Counted from the stretch's first letter, positions 42,934 to 55,376 are shown. The stretch is DNA of 64,000 bases from Diplonema japonicum (GCA_964019335.1 OZ025697.1:372001-436000), one strand, 5' to 3'. Notes: generated from the letters alone by a model not told the origin. Made by a program: numbers and translations.

Positions 42934-43939
42934 TGGGGCTTTGGTACACTATTTGGCGTTAAGTGTGCAGCGTGGTGGTGGGTCTATCTTGTGTTGTTTC
43001 CCTTCTGTGTCGCTGCATTCTTATCGGCAGATGGGGTGGGAATTCTTCGGGTTGGTTCGAGGTAGGTCGGCACGAATTTATTGTTCCAGTCGTCTCTCCC
43101 CGGTGAGCCGGTTGCGAGTCGCTGTTCGAGGATGAAGCGCACCTTGTCGTATGATGCGAAAGTGGGTCTGCAGGTATACCCTCGGATCCGTTTGTTTGCA
43201 CCAATGGATCGGAGGGAGGATGTCAAGGAGGGTTTCCCGGGGATAGGAGGGGATCGTGCTTTCTTTTCGGCCACCTCTGACAGTTTTGTCAAGACTCTAG
43301 CTAGCCGGTTTGCACGCTTGCGTACGTCAGCTGTTTTTTCCATGATTAGCTGTTTGGCCGTGGCCTCAAAGTCGAGTGCGAGCTCTATCCTTGAGACTGA
43401 ACCGTGTGTGCTCCACTGCAGCATGCGAAGCCATTTGAGCACTTCTGGGACAATCGTATCCCCATGGAAGTGTTTTAATCCGTTGCACTTGTACCCGTCC
43501 AGGCTTGGCACCGGTGGTCTGTTCCAGGGAAACCTTTCCATTGCGGTCTTCTTCGATTCTTGCTTTGCGCTCACCCTCCTGAATATCGCGAGCAGCATTA
43601 CTGAATTATCTCTGGCTTTTCCGTCTTACATTCCAGAGGGATGATGCCGTGTAGTGCAAGGCAGCGAGTGATCCCCTCTTGTCTGTATGCATGCATTGCA
43701 GGGGCGAATTCAGGTGCAACGTGTACCTCTTCGTGTGCCTTGCATTTCCAGAAAGTGTATGGTGTATTCGTCTTGCGTGGTGAAAATTGCCTCACACCCC
43801 ATACACTGTACCTCTGGCTCGACGATCGGGTAGCTGCGGAACATGGCACCCGTGATCATCCTTAGGCCAAGTCGTTCCTCTTGCACGGTCGTGGCTTTCT
43901 TCCGCACCTCATTTGTGCGGACTTCGTCAATTGCACGGC
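42934..43939 (-). mobile_element. 5'-truncated, frameshifted non-LTR retroposon, family B
   Basis: Fragments CMGC..., TFWKC, CLALHGIIP, WLRMLQW, ELALDFE and SLRSIG are homologous to the ORF in 54161-55376. Flanked by A-tracts. Confidence 0.75.
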
Positions 43940-44951
43940 AAAAAAAAAAAAAAAAGGAGGGTGCTACACCGAGGCAAAGGTGTAGATAACGTGAAGCAGT
44001 GAAGCAAAGGGGGAAAGAAAACGGACCGGAGAAAAAAAAAAGGGGGTGGGGTTCAGATGGGAGAGAAGCAGGGGGGGGGTTTTTTTTCTCTCTGAGGCTT
44101 GTCACCCAAATGAGCCTACAGTTCCAGCATTTTTTGTTAAGAATGTCAGCAGCTTCTAAATTCGTCCGGAAAAAAAAAGGGGGGAGCAAATATCCGATTA
44201 TTTAGCACCAAAAAGCAGGAAAAAAAAAGGAAGAAGAAAAGCAAGTTGACAATTTCTTTTTTTTTTCTTCTTCTTTTTTCTCTGCCCTTCAAACGCACGC
44301 CTTCTTAACCTTTTCTCAAGGCAGTAATGGGAGGTTTTTGTGTAACAAATAACAGCCTACAACAACAACAAAAAAAAAAAAAAAAAAAAAAAGAGAGAAA
44401 CCACAATCCGCTGAGTTCTTTTTTTTTTTTCTTTCCTCTAAATGAAAAATATACAGGAGACATAATCATAGAATTGGTGCAGACAGAGAAAACAAAACAG
44501 ATACTTGTTACCCAACAAATCACTTTTTCGAAGTCTAGCACCTGGCTTTTATGCCATTTTGATGTTTTTGTTGGTAATAAATAGCTATAAAAAAAGAGAG
44601 AAAGATATATATTCAGCCCCCCCCCCCCCCCCGATTAGGTGGGTTTAACTTTAGAATTATTTAGATTGACGGACCCATAGAGAAGAAAGGCTAAGCTGGT
44701 GACCCTTACTGCAAACCAAGAGTAAGACTCTGGCAAGCAAGCAATGGATGTGGGTCAAAAGAAACAGAAAAAAGAGAAAATGAGATAAAGGAAGTCCCTG
44801 TTTTTAGAATCCTACTTTATCTTATTTTTTTTTTTTTCATTTTTCGTTTTTCTTTTTTTCTTCTTCCAAATCTCACAATCAACCCGATTCATGGCCGGGC
44901 AGTACTTGAGCTATAAGACTCGAAAACAAAAAAAAAAAAAAAGAAAAAAAG

Positions 44952-44986
<35 letters not shown>

Positions 44987-45266
44987 AATAATAATAAGAA
45001 TCATCTGTATTTCACGCGTTGGGGTGAGCGTAGGAAAGGGTACGATGCAAGAGTGTCACAAGAGCTCAAGCTAATTTATTGTACCTTCTTAGGGGAGAGA
45101 GGTGGGTTCAGGTATGACCAGAAAGCAAAAGTTCCTCAATGCAGTTAAACTCGGATATATTTTTTTTTTTTTTTGCTTTTTCCTTTATTCGAGCCTGTGG
45201 AAATTGCTCTTTCTTTCTCTGTTATTTTTTTTTTCTTTCTTCCCCCTTTTACTTTCTTCCCCCTTT

Positions 45267-45307
<41 letters not shown>

Positions 45308-45719
45308 GTCTTTGAGGGAACCTGCAGTATGTGACAGGATCGCCTAACGACAATCAACTCATCTAGTGTTTGATCCCTTCTGTCGTGGTAGTGCCTTAAA
45401 AAAAAAAAAAGTCAGTGATCTACCATGTATCAGTATTCAGTTGTGCCTCACAGCTTATCTTTTTGGTACCACTGGCCCTCTTGAAAAAGGGGGGGGGTTT
45501 TCCCCCCCCCCCCTCCCCCAACATCTGGAAAAGAAAAAAAAAAAAGAAAGAAACAAAAGGCGGCACATGAGCATCGCTGTTCTCCTCCCCCCCCCCCCCC
45601 CCCCCCCCTCGTGGGCTGAGTGATGTGCTTAAGTTCAGCGCGAGGTCGTTTGGTGCTTGCATATGAAAGGAAAGCTCGCATAAGGCGAAATTCGCAGGGG
45701 AATAAAAAAAAAAAAACAA

Positions 45720-45754
<35 letters not shown>

Positions 45755-45940
45755 TCTTGTTTGGCGCTTTCATTTGTTTATGCACATTAGCGTTATCTAA
45801 CCTGATTAAACTACTTTGTGCGCTGCCAGTAACAACTACATTTTCTTTAGTCACGACAAAAAAAAGAAGAAGAAGAAGAAAAAGAGCAAAAAATACAATT
45901 CGCCCCAAGACGCGGTCCCCTCATATCATTTGTGTCATAC

Positions 45941-45972
<32 letters not shown>

Positions 45973-45999
45973 TCCTTCATTTTATACAAAAATTAGGGA

Positions 46000-46035
<36 letters not shown>

Positions 46036-46420
46036 CCACTTGAATTCTCCGGCAACACATCGTGCGCTGCATCAGTCGTTTTGTCAGGATGGCTCCAGAG
46101 ATAGGGAAATCAGGGCCTGTTTTGTTTTCTTTTTTTGTTTTGTTTTGTTTTGTTTTTTTTTTTTAATTCTTGCTCTTTTTGTGACATGGAAAGAGGTACT
46201 CGAGGCGCAAATAAGGAGGAAGAAGACAAAAAAAAAAAGATACAATAGAAAAAAAAAAAAAAGAAAGAAAAAAACAACAATAAACAAAAAAGTGGGATCT
46301 GAAAGGAAGAACACGAAGAATGAAAGAAAAAAAATGAGATAAAAACATCAAACAACTGGAGTGGTGTAAAACTTTTTCATACTAGTCATGTAACTACTCT
46401 TCCCCACCCCGGTAGTTGGG

Positions 46421-49048
46421 TTATGGTACGTCAGACGACCGTCCAGGCGACATGGCACCTGAGTTCCTTAAAGGGTCAGGATAGTCATAACCCCCAGAAA
46501 GAGAGAGGCTCAGCTCATTGCCGATGTCTTTGACAGCCCAGCCGTCAGGGGTCGTGAGGAGGGTGTCTATCTTCTGGGTGGTGAAGGGTCGAGGGAGGGA
46601 CAGGTCGCCTTGAAGGATTGCCACAACCTTCAGAAGGGAGGGATCCTTCTCAGAGAGTGTCTTGAGAGCTGCTATATTCCTCGAGGCGAAAGCATCTTTG
46701 TACAGAGGGGACCAGGAGTCGGGGACGGGGCCATCGAAGATGTTCCACACACCTTGCACAAGGGCGAAGGTTTGCAGGTTCAGCTGATAAACTGTCATCC
46801 CATCCCATGTGTCGATTGGACGCGTGTGTACTTGCAGAGAGGTGTCCATCACACTGGCACTTTCTTCAGTATTCCCACCAGCGGCAATGAGGCAGGTGGT
46901 TCCGAATCCCACAGCTGCATCGGCCAGTGCCCTGCTCACCTCCACACACCCACCGATTGTTGTCATGAAGCGCTGCTTCGTATTTCCCATCATCCCATGC
47001 AGGACACGGCCCCCACACAGTCCCACCGTCACCTGCCCTGCCCACCCTGACCCCTCAAGTGCCCCGTGAACATGGAGTGCGAACTTCCCCGCCTGTGCCG
47101 CATGCATCACACACTGCTTGCTGGTGTTCCACCCGACAAGAACTGTGCCGCTGCACAGTGCCGTCACCACCCCGTCCGTCCTGTTCACCCCGTCCAGCAC
47201 CACTCCCAGCACCTCCCCCACTGCGTCCACAACGCTTCCGAACTTCGGTATCTCGCTGAACTCGATTCGTGTTGTCCCCATGGTCCCCACAGCTTGCGTC
47301 AGCTTGTTCTTGGTGATACCTTTCCCGTGCTGCGGTGTTGCCCCTTGCTGCCTTCTTAGTGTTGTCATTGAGCTGATCGATTCGTTGCTGGACTTGAGAT
47401 TCAGTTGTTTCCGCTTCTCCACCGCCTTCTCCAGGTCCCCAACACGTTGTTTGAACTTCGTGGGAACAAGAAGCACAATGGGGACACTTCCCACCCCCTT
47501 CAGGAGCTGGTGTCCGATCTTCAGTGTTGCAGGGTTTCCCATCCCTTTCAGCCCTTCGTCTTTCTCCAAAGCTTGGAGCACCTCCTCAGTGACAGCAACA
47601 GCTCCCCCGACAGAGACTGCCTCCACCCTTGCTGTCTTGTTCACTGTGGGTCCCATGTAGTCGGTCCTCCCTGTTGTCGGGTTCACCTCCAGACGAGCCG
47701 GTCCGGTGTGTACTCCAATCCTCACCCGCAGCCCCTTCCAAGCCCCCCCACAGGCCTTGCAGAGAGGGTGTTCCAAGAGGGACGAGGGCCACGGTTGTGC
47801 CACAAGCTCTTCTTGCGCCATCAAGCTGAAGCGGACTGCATCCTCCACAGCATCAAAGGCCACCATGAAGGCATCCCCGATCGTCTTCACCTCGTACCCG
47901 TTCGTCCTGTAGATGCACTCCCGCATCGCCTGGTTGTGCAAGTCCATCGCAGTCCGCATCGCAGTCGTGTGCTTCTCCCAGATGTCTGTCGATGACTGGA
48001 TGTCGGTGAAGGCGAGTGCAATCGACCCTTCCCCACCCATTCCAGGGGGAGTCTGCCGCACAGGGTAATGCTTGAAGATGGCATCACTTTTTCCCTCATC
48101 ATGCAGGTCACCAGCGCTGTCAGAGATTTGTGAGAAGAGGGCATCAGGGAGGTAAGGTTTGTAGAGCTTCAGGTTTGCGATGAGGGAGAGGAAGGCCTCT
48201 TGCAGCTCACTGGAGCCCCCTTTTTGCCCCCTCAAAAGGTGGTGTTCAGCTGCATCGAGATCGAACTTCACGAGGGACGCAGCAACACGGTTCGCCATGT
48301 TCACGTCCTCCTCAGACTTCTGCTGCTCGGAACGCATTCCGTGCGCGAAGTTGCGTGTCATCACGAAGTCGGAAAAGAAGCTGATGAGGCGTATGATGAG
48401 GACGCGTATGAACCAGTAGCTGCCCTGAGCCTCGCGAGGGCTGCTGTCAGGATTGTAAGAAGAAGGGACGATGTCGTAGAGGCCGAAGCGGAAGCCTTCT
48501 TCGGTAGTCTTAACAGTGATGTAGAGAAGGCTTGCCGCGCAGGTGAAGGCTGCGGTGGTGTCGCGGCAGCAAGTGAGCAGCAGAACGTCCATGACCAGGA
48601 CGACACCTGTCCAGGCATCGAGCTTGCCGTAGACTAGGATGTCATCGAAGAGGAAGAGCGTCATGCCGATGGAGATGATGAAGAACTCTGCGACGCCCAC
48701 TGGGCAGGTCTTCGTGAAGACAACAAAAGAAATGAAACAAAGCGACAACACGACACGCACCCCCGACATGAACAGGGCGTTGTACCAGTTGATGGTGACA
48801 AGGCTGAGGGCAGTCGCTAGCGAAGAAAGAAAAAGGATACCCAAAGTTAAAGGGAACAGGATGCCCTTCCTGGCCCGCATGGAGGGGTCGTCTTCAGGAC
48901 TCTCCACCCACGACATCAGCCATCTGTAGAAGCCCCGTCTGGAACTGATCGTCTCTTCCTCCTCGTCGTCCTCCTGCGTGTCAGCGCTCCCCATCACGTT
49001 GCAGCTCTCCACATCATATCGGTAGGCGTGGTCTGGACTGCTGGCCAT
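46421..49048 (-). CDS. Receptor-type adenylate cyclase, copy 2
   Basis: Same architecture and catalytic motifs as copy 1. Confidence 0.93.
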   Translation of the reverse strand: MASSPDHAYRYDVESCNVMGSADTQEDDEEEETISSRRGFYRWLMSWVESPEDDPSMRARKGILFPLTLGILFLSSLATALSLVTINWYNALFMSGVRVVLSLCFISFVVFTKTCPVGVAEFFIISIGMTLFLFDDILVYGKLDAWTGVVLVMDVLLLTCCRDTTAAFTCAASLLYITVKTTEEGFRFGLYDIVPSSYNPDSSPREAQGSYWFIRVLIIRLISFFSDFVMTRNFAHGMRSEQQKSEEDVNMANRVAASLVKFDLDAAEHHLLRGQKGGSSELQEAFLSLIANLKLYKPYLPDALFSQISDSAGDLHDEGKSDAIFKHYPVRQTPPGMGGEGSIALAFTDIQSSTDIWEKHTTAMRTAMDLHNQAMRECIYRTNGYEVKTIGDAFMVAFDAVEDAVRFSLMAQEELVAQPWPSSLLEHPLCKACGGAWKGLRVRIGVHTGPARLEVNPTTGRTDYMGPTVNKTARVEAVSVGGAVAVTEEVLQALEKDEGLKGMGNPATLKIGHQLLKGVGSVPIVLLVPTKFKQRVGDLEKAVEKRKQLNLKSSNESISSMTTLRRQQGATPQHGKGITKNKLTQAVGTMGTTRIEFSEIPKFGSVVDAVGEVLGVVLDGVNRTDGVVTALCSGTVLVGWNTSKQCVMHAAQAGKFALHVHGALEGSGWAGQVTVGLCGGRVLHGMMGNTKQRFMTTIGGCVEVSRALADAAVGFGTTCLIAAGGNTEESASVMDTSLQVHTRPIDTWDGMTVYQLNLQTFALVQGVWNIFDGPVPDSWSPLYKDAFASRNIAALKTLSEKDPSLLKVVAILQGDLSLPRPFTTQKIDTLLTTPDGWAVKDIGNELSLSLSGGYDYPDPLRNSGAMSPGRSSDVP

Positions 49049-49892
49049 CACACCTGGAATAGCTTGAAGCTTAAAGGTGAAAGCAAGAAAAAAAGAATAA
49101 TAACTAAAGGAACAGGATTCATTTATTTATTTTTTTGCCATTTCCATTCCTTTCTTTTTTAATCTCGAGAGACCTTTGTTTCCCTCCTTTTTTTTTTACC
49201 GCTTTTTTTTTTTTTTTTTTTTTTGTTCCAATGTATGCACTGATGGGAAAGCTGGGTCTTCAAGGACAAGCGGCTGCCGATATGTCGACGGTGAGGCTAC
49301 GTTGAGTCCTCAAGGATTTCACTTTTTTTTTTCCGTTTTTTTTTTTTTTTTTTTTGTGGCTTTCTGATTAATTGAGGGTTAAACAGAAGGGGGGGGATTT
49401 AAACTTTTCAACTGATGGTTTTGCAGTGAGAATGAGTCATTTCTAAGCACATGACACATATTTTTTTCCTTTTTTTTTTCTTTTTGATAATTTCTAAAAT
49501 ACTACTATTTTTGGAAACAAAGTTAGCAACGGTCGAGAAAATAGAGGGATATGAAAAAGCTAATTCTACTGCCAGAAGACGATGTCATTCTCTGGCAACA
49601 GGTAAGTGGTTTTTTTTCTTCTTCTTTTTTTCTTTCTTTCTTTCTTTTTTTTTTTTTTTTCTGGGGTTCCCTCTAAAGAGATTTTGGCTGAGAGCCGGGA
49701 AAATAAAGTTTTTCCATATTTCCCTAGGGAAAATATCATGTTTTCTGCAGATTTGTGAAGAAAATCAACAATTTTTTGCGGTATGGTTGGTGCCCCACTT
49801 GTCATATCATTTCAGTCACCATTCTGCTGTTAATCCTGGCTTTGGGGGGTTGGGAGTGCCATCAGGAACCAGAAAATAAAAAAAATTACGTA

Positions 49893-49995
49893 TTCATGAA
49901 GGACTTTACTCTTTCCTTGGCTGATAATCTGTCCCTCTGAATCACCCCCTCGGGACAGATTATCAGTCGCGGGAAATAAAGTCCACTTTCATAAA
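49893..49995. repeat. Long imperfect palindrome
   Basis: Perfect 15-bp arms CTGATAATCTGTCCC (49921-35) / GGGACAGATTATCAG (49952-66), extended by GGACTTTA/TAAAGTCC and ATGAA/TTCAT. Confidence 0.85.
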
Positions 49996-50633
49996 TCAAT
50001 AGTTATTTCTTTTTTTTTTCGAGGGCTTAAAAAGTGCCTGACCTTTTGGCATCCCGCGGGGTAGGGGGGTGGGGGGGAAACAATGATGTTAATTGGGTAC
50101 GAAGCAATTTACGCAAAATAGCTTGATATTCAGCTCACAAGGCTGAACCTCGTGTGGAAGGAAACGCTGTTGACGGCGTAACTCAGGAGGAAAGGAGTGT
50201 AATCTTTTTTTTTACGACATCCTGAAAAAGTTCCATCTTAAACGTTTCACCCTATATATATATATGAATAGCCTGTAACAGCTGCTATACAAATGAAACT
50301 CTGTATCACCGATGGTAATGAGATTTGTGAAAAAAGGGAGGGAGGGAGGGGGAATATATCTCCATATAAAGTACAGGGATAACTGCACGTATGAGTGCAA
50401 GTTCAAAAGGGGCAAGAATTTGATAAATTTCGGTGTGCGGGGTGGGTGCCCACCGTTCTGCGGTTGCTGTTTGTTGCGATAAGATGGACGGCATCTGGGC
50501 GAGAACAAAAAAAAAAAAAGTGACATTTAAAACCTTCTGACTAGTCACGTATCTCTAGACCGGGTTCTGATCACTAATAGGAAATGAAGTGGTGGCAATA
50601 GCCTACTCAGGGAATACTCACGTTCTATTCAAA

Positions 50634-50719
50634 TTCACTATGATAGGAACGAAGTGGTTAGCAACGGCCCGCCGCGGTGGCGTGCCTACCTTATGATGCT
50701 CCCCTTTTGGGGTCGTTCC
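50634..50719 (-). mobile_element. 86-bp extreme 3' fragment of retroposon family A with TSD
   Basis: Matches 54161-54246; flanked by direct repeat ATTCAAA (50627-33, 50720-26). Confidence 0.9.
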
Positions 50720-50925
50720 ATTCAAACTTCTGACAAGAGCGAGCCCCTTCCGGGGTTCATTTTTTTAGCTCAGGGAACTAAAAATCTTGCATTCTCTCAA
50801 CGTGCTTCTTGAGTCTAGGAAACAAGGGAGGAAGTAAATAGATAAAAGAAAAAGAAACCGTGCTACTCCGCCGAGTTAGTTTGCACAGAAAAAAAAAAAA
50901 AAAAAAGAGATGCAGCTTAATATCC

Positions 50926-53562
50926 TCAGCTTGAGGGATCGCATACATTTGAATGAACGTAATTAAACATCGATACCGGCGGTAGTCCTGTGGATGATGC
51001 CCCAGAAAACCTGCGTGCCACTGCATCGTCAGGAAGCTCAACCCCGCCAGAAAGAGAGAAGCTCGGTTCATTGCCAATGTCTTTGACAGCCCAACCTACA
51101 GTGAGGAGGGTGTCTATCTTCTGGGTGGTGAAGGGTCGAGGGAGGGACAGGTCGCCTTGAAGGATTGCCACAACCTTCAGAAGGGAGGGATCCTTCTCAG
51201 AGAGTGTCTTGAGAGCTGCTATATTCCTCGAGGCGAAAGCATCTTTGTACAGAGGGGACCAGGAGTCGGGGACGGGGCCATCGAAGATGTTCCACACACC
51301 TTGCACAAGGGCGAAGGTTTGCAGGTTCAGCTGATAAACTGTCATCCCATCCCATGTGTCGATTGGACGCGTGTGTACTTGCAGAGAGGTGTCCATCACA
51401 CTGGCACTTTCTTCAGTATTCCCACCAGCGGCAATGAGGCAGGTGGTTCCGAATCCCACAGCTGCATCGGCCAGTGCCCTGCTCACCTCCACACACCCAC
51501 CGATTGTTGTCATGAAGCGCTGCTTCGTATTTCCCATCATCCCATGCAGGACACGGCCCCCACACAGTCCCACCGTCACCTGCCCTGCCCACCCTGACCC
51601 CTCAAGTGCCCCGTGAACATGGAGTGCGAACTTCCCCGCCTGTGCCGCATGCATCACACACTGCTTGCTGGTGTTCCACCCGACAAGAACTGTGCCGCTG
51701 CACAGTGCCGTCACCACCCCGTCCGTCCTGTTCACCCCGTCCAGCACCACTCCCAGCACCTCCCCCACTGCGTCCACAACGCTTCCGAACTTCGGTATCT
51801 CGCTGAACTCGATTCGTGTTGTCCCCATGGTCCCCACAGCTTGCGTCAGCTTGTTCTTGGTGATACCTTTCCCGTGCTGCGGTGTTGCCCCTTGCTGCCT
51901 TCTTAGTGTTGTCATTGAGCTGATCGATTCGTTGCTGGACTTGAGATTCAGTTGTTTCCGCTTCTCCACCGCCTTCTCCAGGTCCCCAACACGTTGTTTG
52001 AACTTCGTGGGAACAAGAAGCACAATGGGGACACTTCCCACCCCCTTCAGGAGCTGGTGTCCGATCTTCAGTGTTGCAGGGTTTCCCATCCCTTTCAGCC
52101 CTTCGTCTTTCTCCAAAGCTTGGAGCACCTCCTCAGTGACAGCAACAGCTCCCCCGACAGAGACTGCCTCCACCCTTGCTGTCTTGTTCACTGTGGGTCC
52201 CATGTAGTCGGTCCTCCCTGTTGTCGGGTTCACCTCCAGACGAGCCGGTCCGGTGTGTACTCCAATCCTCACCCGCAGCCCCTTCCAAGCCCCCCCACAG
52301 GCCTTGCAGAGAGGGTGTTCCAAGAGGGACGAGGGCCACGGTTGTGCCACAAGCTCTTCTTGCGCCATCAAGCTGAAGCGGACTGCATCCTCCACAGCAT
52401 CAAAGGCCACCATGAAGGCATCCCCGATCGTCTTCACCTCGTACCCGTTCGTCCTGTAGATGCACTCCCGCATCGCCTGGTTGTGCAAGTCCATCGCAGT
52501 CCGCATCGCAGTCGTGTGCTTCTCCCAGATGTCTGTCGATGACTGGATGTCGGTGAAGGCGAGTGCAATCGACCCTTCCCCACCCATTCCAGGGGGAGTC
52601 TGCCGCACAGGGTAATGCTTGAAGATGGCATCACTTTTTCCCTCATCATGCAGGTCACCAGCGCTGTCAGAGATTTGTGAGAAGAGGGCATCAGGGAGGT
52701 AAGGTTTGTAGAGCTTCAGGTTTGCGATGAGGGAGAGGAAGGCCTCTTGCAGCTCACTGGAGCCCCCTTTTTGCCCCCTCAAAAGGTGGTGTTCAGCTGC
52801 ATCGAGATCGAACTTCACGAGGGACGCAGCAACACGGTTCGCCATGTTCACGTCCTCCTCAGACTTCTGCTGCTCGGAACGCATTCCGTGCGCGAAGTTG
52901 CGTGTCATCACGAAGTCTGCGTAGAAGACGAAGAGGCGTATGATGAGGACGCGTATGAACCAGTAGCTGCCCTGAGCCTCGAGAGGGCTGCTGTCAGGAT
53001 TGTAAGAAGAAGGGACGATGTCGTAGAGGCCGAAGCGGAAGCCTTCTTCGGTAGTCTTAACAGTGATGTAGAGAAGGATGGCCGCGCAGGTGAAGGCTGC
53101 GGTGGTGTCGCGGCAGCAAGTGAGCAGCAGAACGTCCATGACCAGGATGCCAGCTGTCCAGGCATCGATCTTGCCGTAGTTGACTATGTCACTGAGGAAG
53201 AGCGTCATGCCGATGGAGATGATGAAGAACTCTGCGACGCCCACTGGGCAGGTCTTCGTGTGGATAATGTAGATGAGAAAGCACAACGACAGGATAGCAC
53301 GCATCCCCGACATGAACAGGGCGTTGTACCAGTTGATGGTGACAAGGCTGTGCGATGCAATCATGACGGACGCCACGAGGATGGCCACAATCATAGGGAA
53401 CAGGATGCCCTTCCTAGCCCGCATGGAGGGGTCGTCTTCAGGACTCTCCACCCATGACATCAGCCATCTGTAGAAGCTTCTTTTTGACGGTGTTTGTCTT
53501 GCTTCTTCTGAGTTGCAGCTCTCCACATCATATCGATAGGCGTGGTCCGGACTGCTGGCCAT
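50926..53562 (-). CDS. Receptor-type adenylate cyclase, copy 3
   Basis: Same architecture; ~1.8 kb near-identical to copy 2. Confidence 0.93.
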   Translation of the reverse strand: MASSPDHAYRYDVESCNSEEARQTPSKRSFYRWLMSWVESPEDDPSMRARKGILFPMIVAILVASVMIASHSLVTINWYNALFMSGMRAILSLCFLIYIIHTKTCPVGVAEFFIISIGMTLFLSDIVNYGKIDAWTAGILVMDVLLLTCCRDTTAAFTCAAILLYITVKTTEEGFRFGLYDIVPSSYNPDSSPLEAQGSYWFIRVLIIRLFVFYADFVMTRNFAHGMRSEQQKSEEDVNMANRVAASLVKFDLDAAEHHLLRGQKGGSSELQEAFLSLIANLKLYKPYLPDALFSQISDSAGDLHDEGKSDAIFKHYPVRQTPPGMGGEGSIALAFTDIQSSTDIWEKHTTAMRTAMDLHNQAMRECIYRTNGYEVKTIGDAFMVAFDAVEDAVRFSLMAQEELVAQPWPSSLLEHPLCKACGGAWKGLRVRIGVHTGPARLEVNPTTGRTDYMGPTVNKTARVEAVSVGGAVAVTEEVLQALEKDEGLKGMGNPATLKIGHQLLKGVGSVPIVLLVPTKFKQRVGDLEKAVEKRKQLNLKSSNESISSMTTLRRQQGATPQHGKGITKNKLTQAVGTMGTTRIEFSEIPKFGSVVDAVGEVLGVVLDGVNRTDGVVTALCSGTVLVGWNTSKQCVMHAAQAGKFALHVHGALEGSGWAGQVTVGLCGGRVLHGMMGNTKQRFMTTIGGCVEVSRALADAAVGFGTTCLIAAGGNTEESASVMDTSLQVHTRPIDTWDGMTVYQLNLQTFALVQGVWNIFDGPVPDSWSPLYKDAFASRNIAALKTLSEKDPSLLKVVAILQGDLSLPRPFTTQKIDTLLTVGWAVKDIGNEPSFSLSGGVELPDDAVARRFSGASSTGLPPVSMFNYVHSNVCDPSS

Positions 53563-54160
53563 CACACCTGGAATAGATCAATTGTAGGAAATAAGATTTC
53601 TTAAAAAAGCTTCTAATGACCTTAGAAACAGCGCCAGACTAGGGAATAAAAATACTTGGCGAAGAAAGAAATAAGAGGTCTGGAGATAAAAGGGTGGGGA
53701 TTCGAGAGGTCAGAATAAATTCTTTTTCGTTTCTTTTTTTTTTTTTTGATCAGTACGGTAAGGTGTAAAAAAGAAGAAAATAAACTTCTAATGTTTTTTT
53801 TTTTTTTTTCCCCTCACGTCCGTTTGGTGCTTTCTGGGGAGGATTAGCATCTTAGTTCCAGAAACCTTTTTTACAGTTTTTTTTTTTTTTTTTTTTTTTT
53901 GTTTCTCCTTTTTTTTCCCCACCTTTCATTTACACACTCCCAATTTTTTTTCGTGTGGGTAAGATTTGACAAAAAGAAGAAAAGCTTAACTACGTCGCAC
54001 CCCGGAATTTCTGGGGCAAAAGGGGATTTTTTTTTTTTTTTTGGAGAGGAGCTACAGTAAATACCACAAAGTAAGAAAAAAAGGAGGGGGGGAAAGGGGG
54101 GAGGTACTATGCCCACGGTCGAAAATCGCCTAAGGGGAAAAAGGGGGAGGGTAAAAAAAA

Positions 54161-55376
54161 TTCACTATGATAGGAACGAAGTGGTTAGCAACGGCCCGCC
54201 GCGGTGGCGTGCCTACCTTATGATGCTCCCCTTTTGGGGTCGTTCCCTGCTACCCACCGTAGTGCCTAGCTGTCGTTTATATCTTCCAATCCTTTCTTTC
54301 CGGTAATCTTCTCTCAGTCCTTTCAGCTTGGTCGCCGTCAGCCCCGATGCAAACAGGGCCCTCCTATCAAAGCCAACGACGTGGTCGCGGCCAATGGATC
54401 GTAGTGATCTCACCTTCTTGCATGACTGCGCCGGAAAAGCGCGTCTCCTCTTCTCCCTCATCCATGTCGCTTGCAGCGTATCCAGGATCCGCTTGATCCT
54501 CACCGCCTTCTTGTCGACGTCAATCGTCGTGTTGATGTTAACCCCCAGCGTCTTCTTCGTGTAGCACTCGAAGTCAATCGCCAGCTCGATCGCCGACACG
54601 GACGTTCCCTCCTCCGCCCACCGCAGCGCAGCCAGCCACCTCAGCACCTGATCACCATACTCCCTGAGCTGCGGGGTCAGCTTGAGCTTGTACAGTTCCA
54701 CAACCTTTGGCGCCTCGAAACGCCTTCCTTGAGTCGTCACCATCCACGGCGGTTCCTTCTCAACCGCGAACCGCTTCACCACCAGAGCATCGTCCCTGCG
54801 CCTCACCACCTCTGCCAAATACCTCTGCAGCCTCTCCAAACCGCGGAACACGACCTTCCTCGGGAGAATCCCGTGCAGCTCCAAACAGACCGGCCACCTT
54901 TCGCTCCTGACCAGACCGGTATATACCTCCTTCTTCTGCACCTCCAACGCGACCTCGCACTCCCAAAGCTGGTGTCGCAGCAACCTAACTGTGCTGCCCT
55001 TCGCAGCATCACAACATCGCAATTGAGCGTACCCGCCGCTTTGTCCGTCCTCCCTCTACCCAGGTGGTCGGCTTCTTCCTCGCTCCCTTCGCCTCCCTCC
55101 TCATCAGGTTCAGGAGGGGAGAGTAAAACTTGTTTCGCATACGGGCTGAGGTACGGCACCGCCCCGGCGATTATCCTCCTCACCCGCCACGCTTCGAGCG
55201 GTCTGCGCGCGCTGCACTTCATCCAGTAAGCGTTCGTTGCAGGGGCCGCGCCCATCCCAAGCCCGGCCATCGTGCTTCGCGCCTTCACAATACCCGATGT
55301 CCTCATCCTGCGCAGAGCCTCCCTGAGGTCGTGCCCAGGATTCTCTCCTCTGTGCCAGCTTGCCAGCCTCCCCCAT
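54161..55376 (-). mobile_element. 5'-truncated non-LTR retroposon, family A
   Basis: Broken ORF with HQLWEC zinc-knuckle-like motif, WPVCLELHGILP and ELAIDFE. Its 3' end is shared with two other copies. Flanked by TAAAAAAAA repeats. No RT domain is retained. Confidence 0.78.
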
